Below the pieces are notes generated by a model that was given only the letters and a program-made list of their open reading frames with translations, was not told the DNA's origin and did no database searches. Made by a program: the position numbers and the translations under genes. A stretch of DNA of 64,000 nucleotides, from assembly GCA_043827405.1 (NCBI GenBank), contig JBDRPD010000083.1, positions 32,001-96,000 on the forward strand, written 5' to 3'. This stretch comes from Elusimicrobiota bacterium (GTDB taxonomy: Bacteria; Elusimicrobiota; Elusimicrobia; UBA1565). This document shows positions 9,921-18,281 of this stretch, in pieces; position 1 is the stretch's first letter, and every line of letters starts with the position of its first letter.

Positions 9921-11312
9921 ATGGGATACGATACGGCCTCCTTCCGGGATCGCAGCGGCCGCGTTCTGCTCGCGGACGGCGCCGTCTATCGCTGCCTGAG
10001 CGCCGGAGCCCTCGCGGATTGGAACCGCCTGAAAGATACCGCCTTCTTTCGCCGCATGACGGATGACGGACGGCTGGTGGGTACCCGCGAAGCCGACGCC
10101 GACAAAAGCAGCCGGCTGATGCCGCCGGGGGATTGGATCGGCCTGCTGGAGCATGACGTCATCCCGTTTGTTTCCTACCCGTATGAGTGGAGCTTCGGCA
10201 TGCTGCGCGACGCCGCTCTGCTGCAGCTCGATATCCTCCTCGCCGCCCTGCGGGAAGGCCTGACGCTTAAAGACGCTTCCGCATTCAATATCCAATGGCG
10301 CGGCGCGCGTCCGGTGTTTATCGATATGCTGTCGTTTGCGCCGTACCGGAAAGGCGCGCCCTGGGCGGGATACCGCCAATTCTGCCAGATGTTTCTCTAC
10401 CCGCTGTTCCTGCAGGCGTACCGCGATGTGCCGTTTCATCCCTGGACGCGCGGCGCGATAGAGGGGATCACCCCCGAACAATGCCGCCGCCTGCTGTCGC
10501 TGCGCGACCTGCTGCGCCCCGGAGTGTTTACCCACGTCTACCTGCAGGCGAAGCTGCAGGAGCGCTGCGGCGGCGCCGGCCGCGACGCGCGGAGTGATCT
10601 TGAGCGAGTGGGATTCGATGAGAAGCTTATTCGCGCGAACCTGAGGTCTCTGCGCGGCCTGGTGGAGTCGCTGCATTGGCGGCCCGCGCGCTCCGAGTGG
10701 TCGGAGTACGGAGATGATCATAGCTATGCCGCGGAAGATCATGCGGCGAAAAAGGCGTTTGTTGAGGAGGCCGCGGCGGAGAAGCGGCGGACGCTGGTTT
10801 GGGATCTCGGCGCCAACCGCGGGGATTTCTCACGTCTCGCCGCCGAGCATGCCGACTGTGTCTTGGCCATGGACGCCGATCACCTCGTCGTAGAGCGTCT
10901 GTACCAGGAACTAAAGAAGGACGGCCGCGATAATATCCTGCCGCTGGTGATGAACGTCGCAGACGCCTCGCCGGGGCTCGGTTGGCGCGGCGCGGAGCGC
11001 CGGAGTCTGCCGGAGCGGGGGCGGCCCGGACTGGTCCTTTGTCTCGCCCTGCTGCACCATATGGTCATCACCCATAATATTCCGCTCGCAGAGTTCGTCG
11101 CCTGGCTGGCTGAGCTGGGCGGGGACTTGGTTATTGAATTTATCGACAAGCAGGACCCGATGGTGCGCCGGCTGCTGCTTAATAAGGCGGATCAGTACGC
11201 GGATTATGAACGTTCTTGTTTCGAGTCCTGCCTGTCTCGTTATTTTACGATCGTGCGGCAGCAGGCGCTGTCCGGCGAGCGGCGGGTTCTGTACTATGGG
11301 CGGCGTAAATGA
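9921..11312 (+). CDS. SAM-dependent methyltransferase with N-terminal kinase-like (SFRD) region
   Basis: SFRD, SYPYEWSF, LKDASAFNIQ...FID; C-terminal WDLGANRG, LALLHH. Confidence 0.7.
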   Translation: MGYDTASFRDRSGRVLLADGAVYRCLSAGALADWNRLKDTAFFRRMTDDGRLVGTREADADKSSRLMPPGDWIGLLEHDVIPFVSYPYEWSFGMLRDAALLQLDILLAALREGLTLKDASAFNIQWRGARPVFIDMLSFAPYRKGAPWAGYRQFCQMFLYPLFLQAYRDVPFHPWTRGAIEGITPEQCRRLLSLRDLLRPGVFTHVYLQAKLQERCGGAGRDARSDLERVGFDEKLIRANLRSLRGLVESLHWRPARSEWSEYGDDHSYAAEDHAAKKAFVEEAAAEKRRTLVWDLGANRGDFSRLAAEHADCVLAMDADHLVVERLYQELKKDGRDNILPLVMNVADASPGLGWRGAERRSLPERGRPGLVLCLALLHHMVITHNIPLAEFVAWLAELGGDLVIEFIDKQDPMVRRLLLNKADQYADYERSCFESCLSRYFTIVRQQALSGERRVLYYGRRK

Positions 11313-12166
11313 TTCTCATCACCGGGGCCGACGGCGCGGTCGGCTCCTACGCCGAGGAGGTCTTTGCGGGCGAGCGTCTGCATCTCGGGACGCTGGAGAC
11401 GCTGGACGTTACCGACCCGGATAAGGTTTTGACGCTATGCCGCGAATTGCGGCCGGCGGCGGTGGTGCATCTCGCTTCCGAAACGGACGTGGATCGCTGC
11501 GAGAAGGAGCGCGCGCATGCCTTCCGCGTCAACGCGGATGGCGCCGCGAACGTCGCGGCGGCCTGCCGGGAAACCGGGGCGGTTATGGCGTATGTCAGCA
11601 CGGGCATGGTGTTCGACGGGAGCAAGGACGAGCCCTATGTCGAGTCTGACCCCGTCGCGCCGGGCAACGTTTACGCAGAATCCAAGCTGGCGGGTGAAGA
11701 GGCGGTGCGCAGGGAGCTGGAGCGCTTCTTTATCGTTCGCACCAGCTGGCTGATCGGCGGCGGCAAGCGCGATAAGAAATTCGTAGCCAAGATCCTGCGT
11801 CTGCTGGGGGAGCGGGATCGCATCGAGGTCGTCAGTGATCTCTACGGCACGCTCACCTATGGAAGGCAGCTGCTGCTGCAGATCAAGGCGCTGTTGGCCA
11901 CCGAGCATTACGGCGTTTTCCATGCAGCCAATCCGGGTAAAGTCTCGCGTTTTGACATCGCGCAGGAGATCGTGCGCCTGATTGGGAGCTCGGCCGAAGT
12001 CGTGCCGGTCGGCGCCGAGCGCTTCCCGCTGCCGGCGCCCCGCGGAAAGTCAGAGGTGCTGTCGGTCGCCAAGCTGGAGGCGCTGGGGCTGTGCCGCATG
12101 ACCGATTGGCGGCGGGCCTTGGCCGAGTATCTGGAAGAGCTGAAGCGGATAGGGAGGTGGGAATAG
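11309..12166 (+). CDS. dTDP-4-dehydrorhamnose reductase family (RmlD/RfbD-like)
   Basis: ITGADGAVG, TDVDRCE, STGMVFDG, YAESK, VRTSW. Confidence 0.85.
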   Translation: MILITGADGAVGSYAEEVFAGERLHLGTLETLDVTDPDKVLTLCRELRPAAVVHLASETDVDRCEKERAHAFRVNADGAANVAAACRETGAVMAYVSTGMVFDGSKDEPYVESDPVAPGNVYAESKLAGEEAVRRELERFFIVRTSWLIGGGKRDKKFVAKILRLLGERDRIEVVSDLYGTLTYGRQLLLQIKALLATEHYGVFHAANPGKVSRFDIAQEIVRLIGSSAEVVPVGAERFPLPAPRGKSEVLSVAKLEALGLCRMTDWRRALAEYLEELKRIGRWE

Positions 12167-12168
12167 GG

Positions 12169-13008
12169 ATGGGGATATTGCCCGAATGGCTGCGCCGCGT
12201 ACTTCCTGAAAAGGTCCTGGTGGGGCTGCGCAAGACTCATGACGCCGCGCGCGCGGTTCCGTTCGCTTTCGGCAGCCGTTTCGAGCGGTGCGCGGTGCGA
12301 GGCTTGGCGATTGAGTTGCTGGTGACCAGCGGCATCGAGCATTATCGCGCCGAGACCTATGCCTCCAAGGAGCCGGGTACCTTGGACTGGCTGGACGCCG
12401 AGCTGCGGGAAGGCGACGTGCTCTACGACGTCGGAGCGAATATCGGCCTATATTCGCTCTACGCCGCCCAGAGGGCGCCGGGCTGCGCGGTTTTTGCGTT
12501 CGAGCCGGAGGCGCAGAACTTCGCGCACCTATGCCGCAATATCCATCGCAATGGGCTGACACAGATCGTTCCTGTCTGTGTGCCGCTGTCCGATAGGGAA
12601 GAGTTCGCCCGGCTGCACGTGACCGATATGGCGGCGGGCACCGCTTTCCATTCGCTGCACGCTCCCTCGACCCAACGATCGGATGGTGTGCGCTCCGTGC
12701 TCGAGCAAGGCGCGCTGGCGACGTCGCTTGACCACATGACGGAGAAGCTGGGCCTGCCGGCGCCGAGCCTGCTCAAGCTCGATGTCGACGGACATGAGCT
12801 GCAGATCGTTAAGGGCATGCGATCGCTGTTGGGGTCGGGAAAGATCCGCAGCCTGATGGTTGAGATCAACGGCGAGATCGAGGGCGAGAGCGCGAGCCCC
12901 ATTCCCAAGCTATTAACGGAATGCGGCTACGTTTTGGCGGCGACTTCCGACGGCGAAGCCATTCGCCGGGGCGATACCTCGCGCAATTGCGTGTTCAAGA
13001 GGAAGTAG
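12169..13008 (+). CDS. FkbM family methyltransferase
   Basis: YDVGANIGLYS, FAFEP, LKLDVDGHE. Confidence 0.9.
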   Translation: MGILPEWLRRVLPEKVLVGLRKTHDAARAVPFAFGSRFERCAVRGLAIELLVTSGIEHYRAETYASKEPGTLDWLDAELREGDVLYDVGANIGLYSLYAAQRAPGCAVFAFEPEAQNFAHLCRNIHRNGLTQIVPVCVPLSDREEFARLHVTDMAAGTAFHSLHAPSTQRSDGVRSVLEQGALATSLDHMTEKLGLPAPSLLKLDVDGHELQIVKGMRSLLGSGKIRSLMVEINGEIEGESASPIPKLLTECGYVLAATSDGEAIRRGDTSRNCVFKRK

Positions 13009-13741
13009 ACGCGAGGTAGAGCAGGAACTCGACATTGCCTTTCGGGCCCTTCACGGGGCTCTCCATGAGGCCGCGCTCTTTCAGCCCCAGGCCCCGCGCC
13101 GCCGCGCGCACTTTCTCCACCGCTTCGCGGCGATAGCTCTCCTGGCGCACCACGCCCTTGGGCGCCTTTTTGGGTTCGAGCTCGAACTGCGGCTTGATCA
13201 GGGCGACCACCTCGCAAGGAGCCTGCAGGCAGGCCAACGCCGGCGGCAGAACGAGGGTGAGGGATATGAAGGAAACGTCGATCACCGCCAGATCGATCCG
13301 CTCGCTCGCGCCGCCCAGGAGCTCCGGCGTCAGATTTTTGGCATGGGTTTTTTCCCGGCATATCACACGGGGATCTTCGCGCAGCCGGCTGTCGAGCTGG
13401 CCGTGCCCCACATCCACGGCATAGACCTTGGCGGCTCCGCGCTGGAGCAGGCAATCGGTAAAGCCGCCGGTTGAGGCGCCGAGGTCCAGGGCGGTCCGGC
13501 CGCGGACATCGAGCCGGAAGGCGTCAAGGCCGGCGGCCAATTTGAGACCGCCGCGGGAAACGTAGGGGACGGCGTCCTTGAGCACTTCGATGCGGACGTC
13601 GGCCTTGACCGGGGTCCCCGCTTTGGTTGCAGGCCGGTCATTAAGCAGGACCTTGCCCGCCATGAGCGCGGCCTGCGCTTTGGTCCTGCTGGCAAAGAGG
13701 CCGCGTTCGACCAGGAGGGCGTCCAGGCGGAGCTTCTTCAT
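12995..13741 (-). CDS. tlyA: TlyA family rRNA (cytidine-2'-O)-methyltransferase
   Basis: RLDALLV S4 domain, YVSRGGLKL, DLGASTGGFTD, DVSFISL, LIKPQFE, GPKGNVEF; start trimmed to ATG 13741. Confidence 0.95.
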   Translation of the reverse strand: MKKLRLDALLVERGLFASRTKAQAALMAGKVLLNDRPATKAGTPVKADVRIEVLKDAVPYVSRGGLKLAAGLDAFRLDVRGRTALDLGASTGGFTDCLLQRGAAKVYAVDVGHGQLDSRLREDPRVICREKTHAKNLTPELLGGASERIDLAVIDVSFISLTLVLPPALACLQAPCEVVALIKPQFELEPKKAPKGVVRQESYRREAVEKVRAAARGLGLKERGLMESPVKGPKGNVEFLLYLASTSS

Positions 13742-13769
13742 CCCGCAATTATAGCGTTTGCGAAGACCC

Positions 13770-13798
13770 TTGACAGTACGGGAGTGCCGCCCTACAAT
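13770..13798 (+). promoter_or_regulatory. Sigma70-type promoter for the kinase gene
   Basis: TTGACA-17 bp-TACAAT, about 70 bp upstream of ATG 13868. Confidence 0.75.
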
Positions 13799-13867
13799 TA
13801 GGTAAGGGACAGGGCAGACGTAATTCGCAAAAATCATTAATTAATAACGCAATTTAAGCGAGTCCGC

Positions 13868-16459
13868 ATGATCCTGCTTAGGTATCTTATTCTCAGTTTA
13901 ATTGTTTTTGGGCTCCCGCTCCAGGCGCAGGCGGCCAGAGGCGAGCGTGGGAGTTCGGATAAGCAGAAACAGGAAGCCGAATCGCCCGGTCTCTGGAGCC
14001 GCGCCTGGAATTCCTTTAAATCGGTTTTTGTCCCGCCCGATCCTCCTCCCAGCTATCCCCCGGAAGTCGCGGAAGCGAAGTTTCAGCAATCGGTGTCCAA
14101 AACCAAGCAGTTTCTCGAATCCAAGCAAGGGCAGGAGGTCGGAAAGGGCGGGAATAAAACAGTAATAGATGAGAAGTCCATTCAGCAGTTCGAAGCCGAG
14201 GCAAACAAGCTGGCCAATGAGCCGGATCCCGAAAAGAGGGTCGCGGCGCAAAACGCTTTTCTCGCCCTGCAGGAAACCCGTAATAAGATGCGGCAGATGT
14301 ACCAGCAGGAAACCGGTAACGGCCTTCTCGACCGCGCCGCACGCAAGCAGGTGCGCAATTACTATCGCGACCAGATGAAGCACTATTCGAGCCAGCTCGA
14401 TGAGATGGGCTATGGTGGGTTGGCGGGCAAATACTTCAAGTCGCAGGGCGACAAGGAAGGTCCGGCGGCGATCGCGGAGGCGGGCGCCAAGATCGCGCCC
14501 AACTATGCGCCGGCGCAGCGGGACTGGATGAACGCCGAGCTCGATGCGGGCAACTATGAGGATGCGAAAGACGCGGGGATGCAGGCCATGCAGCTTAATC
14601 CCGAGCATCCGGAGCCCTATGTCGGAGTATCCAAGGCCAGCTATGAGCTGCGGGACTATGAGGACGCCTACCAGTTCTCCAAGCGGGCCCTCGACATCAA
14701 CCCCCGGGACTATCGCGCGCGGACGATCAACCGCCTGTCGGTGCAGCGGCTGGGCGATCGAAGCGATACCGCGCGGGCCGACGCCGGCGCCGTTCCGGTG
14801 GTCGCGGCGAAGGCGGCCTCCGCCATGCGGACGGCTCCGGCTTATCGTCAGTTTGCGCAGCCGTCCGCCGCGGCCGACGGGCGGGCCTCCGAGCAGCTTT
14901 TGGCCTCGAAGCTCTACGCCAACAAGGCGATGACCTTGCTGCAGCAGGGCGATGCCAAGGCCGCCGCCCAGGCCGCCGTCGCCGCGCTGCGCGCCAATCC
15001 GACCAACCTCAGGGCGCGTGTCGCTTACATAAAGGCGCTGGAAAAGACCGGTCGGCATCAGTTGATGCTCTATGCAGTTAATGAGGCGCTCAGGTATCAC
15101 CCCAACAACTCGATGCTGCTGGCGATGCGGGCCGGCGCCTTCAATCATATGAAGCAGTATAAGGACGCGCTCGCTTCCGCCACTGGGGCGATCGTCGCCG
15201 ACAGCAAGAACCCCGAGGCCTATCTGCAGAAGGCGTGGGCGCTCGACGGCATGGGCCGCAAGCTCGAGCGCAACCAGGCGCTGGAGCTCGCTCGTCAGTA
15301 CGGCGGCGCCGGCACGAAGTACGAGCAGGTATGGGAGAAGGTAAACGAGCTCGACGAGGGGGAGCTGGCGGCCTGGCTGGCGGGTGAGAATTTGCCGCCC
15401 AAGGAGCAGGCCGCCAAGGGCGTTTGGGGCAAGGGTTTTGAGAACCGCCGCCTGCTGACTTTGGGGCTGACCAGCATCGTCGGCGGCTTTCTTATCGCCC
15501 TCGGCTTGCTGCGGTCGTTCTCCAGCCGCTGGAAGGCGCTCATGCATCGGATTGCCCTGGCCTTCGGACGCGAATCGCCGCGGCTCGAAACGCATGCCGC
15601 GGCGGCCGGACTGCCCGGCGGCAACGGGGCTTCGCGCGATGTCGGCGAAATTTTGTCGCGCGGCTACGACGTGCGGCGGGAGCTGGGCGTGGGCGGCATG
15701 GGCATCGTTTATGAAGCCGTCGACCGTGCTCTGCAGCGCCGGGTGGCGGTCAAGAAAATGCGCGACGAAATCCGCTCCGATCCGCGTGAGCGCGAGCGCT
15801 TTTTGGTCGAGGCGCGCACCGTCGCCACTTTGCATCATCCCAATATCGTCGAGATATTCTCCATCGTCGAGGACGGCCGCGACGCCTTCCTGATCTTTGA
15901 ATTCGTCGACGGCAAGGACGTTAACGAGGTCCTGCACAAAAAGAAGCGGTTGACCTTTACCGAAGCCGTCAGCGTCCTGCGCGGGGTGACCGCGGCTCTC
16001 GACTACGCGCACAGCCGCCGTGTCGTGCACCGCGACCTTAAGCCATCCAATATCATGGTGAGTAAAGAGGGACGGGTGAAGGTTATGGACTTCGGCGTCG
16101 CCCGTATGGCCAAGGACTCGCTTTCGCGCGTGTCGCGCACCAACACCGTCGTCGGAACGCCGCCCTATATGGCGCCGGAGCAGGAGCAGGGCCGGGTCTG
16201 CTCGGAATCCGATATCTATGCGCTCGCGGTCATGCTTTACGAGATGGTGACAGGGCGCCTGCCCTTTGAAGGGGTCGGCGCCGGCATGCTCATGGCCAAG
16301 CTCAATAAGACCTATGTGCCGGCCGGTCGCGTGGTTTCCGGTTTGCCCGCAGGCTTTGACGCGGCGCTGGATCGGGCGTTGGAGCCCGAGCCTGAAAAGC
16401 GTTGGAAGACGGCCGGTGAGTTCCTCAGCAGCCTCGACGCGCTGTCGATACCGCGCTGA
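13868..16459 (+). CDS. Membrane Ser/Thr protein kinase: signal peptide, TPR ectodomain, TM helix, C-terminal Hanks kinase
   Basis: LGVGGMG, VAVKK, HRDLKPSN, DFG, GTPPYMAPE, SDIYAL; TPR-like repeats; TM LLTLGLTSIVGGFLIALGLL. Confidence 0.92.
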   Translation: MILLRYLILSLIVFGLPLQAQAARGERGSSDKQKQEAESPGLWSRAWNSFKSVFVPPDPPPSYPPEVAEAKFQQSVSKTKQFLESKQGQEVGKGGNKTVIDEKSIQQFEAEANKLANEPDPEKRVAAQNAFLALQETRNKMRQMYQQETGNGLLDRAARKQVRNYYRDQMKHYSSQLDEMGYGGLAGKYFKSQGDKEGPAAIAEAGAKIAPNYAPAQRDWMNAELDAGNYEDAKDAGMQAMQLNPEHPEPYVGVSKASYELRDYEDAYQFSKRALDINPRDYRARTINRLSVQRLGDRSDTARADAGAVPVVAAKAASAMRTAPAYRQFAQPSAAADGRASEQLLASKLYANKAMTLLQQGDAKAAAQAAVAALRANPTNLRARVAYIKALEKTGRHQLMLYAVNEALRYHPNNSMLLAMRAGAFNHMKQYKDALASATGAIVADSKNPEAYLQKAWALDGMGRKLERNQALELARQYGGAGTKYEQVWEKVNELDEGELAAWLAGENLPPKEQAAKGVWGKGFENRRLLTLGLTSIVGGFLIALGLLRSFSSRWKALMHRIALAFGRESPRLETHAAAAGLPGGNGASRDVGEILSRGYDVRRELGVGGMGIVYEAVDRALQRRVAVKKMRDEIRSDPRERERFLVEARTVATLHHPNIVEIFSIVEDGRDAFLIFEFVDGKDVNEVLHKKKRLTFTEAVSVLRGVTAALDYAHSRRVVHRDLKPSNIMVSKEGRVKVMDFGVARMAKDSLSRVSRTNTVVGTPPYMAPEQEQGRVCSESDIYALAVMLYEMVTGRLPFEGVGAGMLMAKLNKTYVPAGRVVSGLPAGFDAALDRALEPEPEKRWKTAGEFLSSLDALSIPR

Positions 16460-16473
16460 GTGCGCCGCTCTTG

Positions 16474-16502
16474 TTGATTGGGCGGGATTTCTCTGATATA
16501 CT
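16474..16502 (+). promoter_or_regulatory. Sigma70-type promoter for ssrA
   Basis: TTGATT-17 bp-TATACT, about 80 bp upstream of the mature tmRNA 5' end. Confidence 0.65.
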
Positions 16503-16583
16503 GCGGGGGGCCTGTCACTCGCGTTTATCGCGTCCGCAATCCTTCCTTAATAGTCCGGTGGTATGCTGAAGGGTGCGATAAAC

Positions 16584-16941
16584 GGGGGTGAATAGGTTCG
16601 ACATGGGTCGTTTCGTCTGACGGTCGCAGGCCCTGGTTGGTCGGAGCCAGGATAAAATCCGCCCAAACAACAACTGCCAACTCACCGTTGGCCTGGGCAA
16701 CTGCCTAAACCGCAGTAAGTCCACGTCGGTCCTCCAATGCCTGCTAGGGGGAGTCCGGCGCCAAGAAGCGGGCTGGGGAACGCGGCGCGAGCGTCGTCGC
16801 CGCGGTCCCGAGACAAAACGAGGCTAGTCCCGGGATACTCGTTCGGCGGTTTTTCCGGGGCGAAACTGAAGCCGAACTAAGCCTGTAGTGGTCTCAGACA
16901 GCGTTCCGTGGACGCGGGTGCGATTCCCGCCACCTCCACCA
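16584..16941 (+). ncRNA. ssrA: tmRNA; predicted tag ANSPLAWATA* (16676-16708)
   Basis: 5' GGGGGTG pairs with CACCTCC-ACCA with a G3.U70 alanine determinant; GGTTCGAC near the 5' end; T-arm GCGGG-TGCGATT-CCCGC; resume context ACAACT-GCC; 358 nt. Confidence 0.95.
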
Positions 16942-16955
16942 TTTTATTGGCAGCA

Positions 16956-18281
16956 ATGCTGAACAGACGCAACGTCACTTTCATCGTCTGCTGTCTCATC
17001 TTTGCCGCGGTATCCGCAGCGCTCTACCGCCTGCAAGGCTGGGAGGCCGTGCTGTTTCCCGCCTATGGCCTGATCTACTTGTGGAACGACCTCCGCAACG
17101 AGGAAGAAACCCACATCATATTTTTGTTTTTGACCTTCATCGCCGGTTTTCTTGTATCGACTCGTCTCGCCGATGTCGTTGTGGTCGCCGCCTTGGTCGC
17201 CGAGGGGGTCGGTATTGTGCTGTTGTGTGCGGGGCTGAGCATCCACCGCGGCCGGCTCGGCGGTGAAAGCCACCGCATCCGTTCCGAGGTCGAGAAGCTG
17301 GATCTCCATATCCGGGATCATCAGCGCGAGCATAAGTTCTATCAGGCTTATGAATCCTCCGCGCTCACCCAGATCCGGCTGCGCCGCGATCTGACGCAGG
17401 CGGCGCGCAGCCTCGGCAACACCATGGACTCTCAGGAGGTCAAGCTCCGCCTGACCGGAATCCTTGAGGGGCGATTCAAGGGGAGCAAGGTGAGCATTCT
17501 GCCGGGCCGCGCGGATGACCCGGTGGCCCAGTACGTCCTCAAGAGCAGAACGCCGGTTTTGGTCAAGGATATGCGCAAGGAGGTCCGCTTCGGCCCGCGG
17601 ACGCCCGCCGCCGAGCTGCGCTCGTCGCTCGTCGTGCAGCTCAATGTCATGAAGAAGCCCTACGGTTTTGTGCGCGTTGAGACCGGCCAGCCCGATGCCT
17701 ATTCCAACGATGATCTCAAGACGGTGGATCTGTTCGCGACGCTGGCCGGGCTGACCCTGGAGAATATCCAGCTCTATGACAAGGTGGGGACCATGGCGGC
17801 GCACGACAGCCTGACCCGGCTGGTCACCCAGCGCACTTTTCTGCAGCGGCTGAAAGAAGAGCTCCTGCGCGCCGGGCGCGCCCAGATGCCGTTATCCCTG
17901 ATTATGCTCGATGTCGATCACTTCAAGCGCTACAACGACACCTATGGTCACCAGGCCGGCGACGAGGTGCTGCGCACGGTTTCCCGCATCCTCGTCAACC
18001 GTATCCGGCAGGTGGACTGCGCGGCGCGCTATGGGGGCGAGGAGTTTATGGTCATCCTTCCGAACGTCGACCCCCCCCGGGCGCGAGAGGTCGCCGAGGA
18101 TCTCCGGGCGGCGATTGAAGCGGAGCCGCTGATATTCCAGGGACAGCGCACCCGGGTCACGGCGAGCTTCGGCGTGTCCTCCTTTCCGCAGGATGCGACC
18201 TCGCAGAGCCAGCTGGTGCGCTCGGTCGACGAGCGGCTCTATCAAAGTAAAGCGCAAGGGCGCAACCGGGTGACCGGATGA
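16956..18281 (+). CDS. Membrane diguanylate cyclase (TM, coiled coil, GAF-like, GGDEF)
   Basis: DSLT, DVDHFKRYNDTYGHQAGD, RQVD I-site, ARYGGEEF; start moved from inside tmRNA to ATG 16956. Confidence 0.93.
   Translation: MLNRRNVTFIVCCLIFAAVSAALYRLQGWEAVLFPAYGLIYLWNDLRNEEETHIIFLFLTFIAGFLVSTRLADVVVVAALVAEGVGIVLLCAGLSIHRGRLGGESHRIRSEVEKLDLHIRDHQREHKFYQAYESSALTQIRLRRDLTQAARSLGNTMDSQEVKLRLTGILEGRFKGSKVSILPGRADDPVAQYVLKSRTPVLVKDMRKEVRFGPRTPAAELRSSLVVQLNVMKKPYGFVRVETGQPDAYSNDDLKTVDLFATLAGLTLENIQLYDKVGTMAAHDSLTRLVTQRTFLQRLKEELLRAGRAQMPLSLIMLDVDHFKRYNDTYGHQAGDEVLRTVSRILVNRIRQVDCAARYGGEEFMVILPNVDPPRAREVAEDLRAAIEAEPLIFQGQRTRVTASFGVSSFPQDATSQSQLVRSVDERLYQSKAQGRNRVTG

Noticed and set aside
13898..16030. 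Long antisense ORFs (this one, also 9342-10742, 44272-45540, 57146-58447 and others)
   Set aside because: They are shadows of GC3-rich sense genes and carry no recognisable motifs.
16908..16955. Diguanylate cyclase start inside the tmRNA 3' end
   Set aside because: It overlaps the T-arm and acceptor stem. ATG 16956 is more plausible.
16900..16960. ssrA as an integration site for an island or prophage
   Set aside because: No integrase and no duplicated tmRNA 3' end were seen, and the downstream genes look like core genes.
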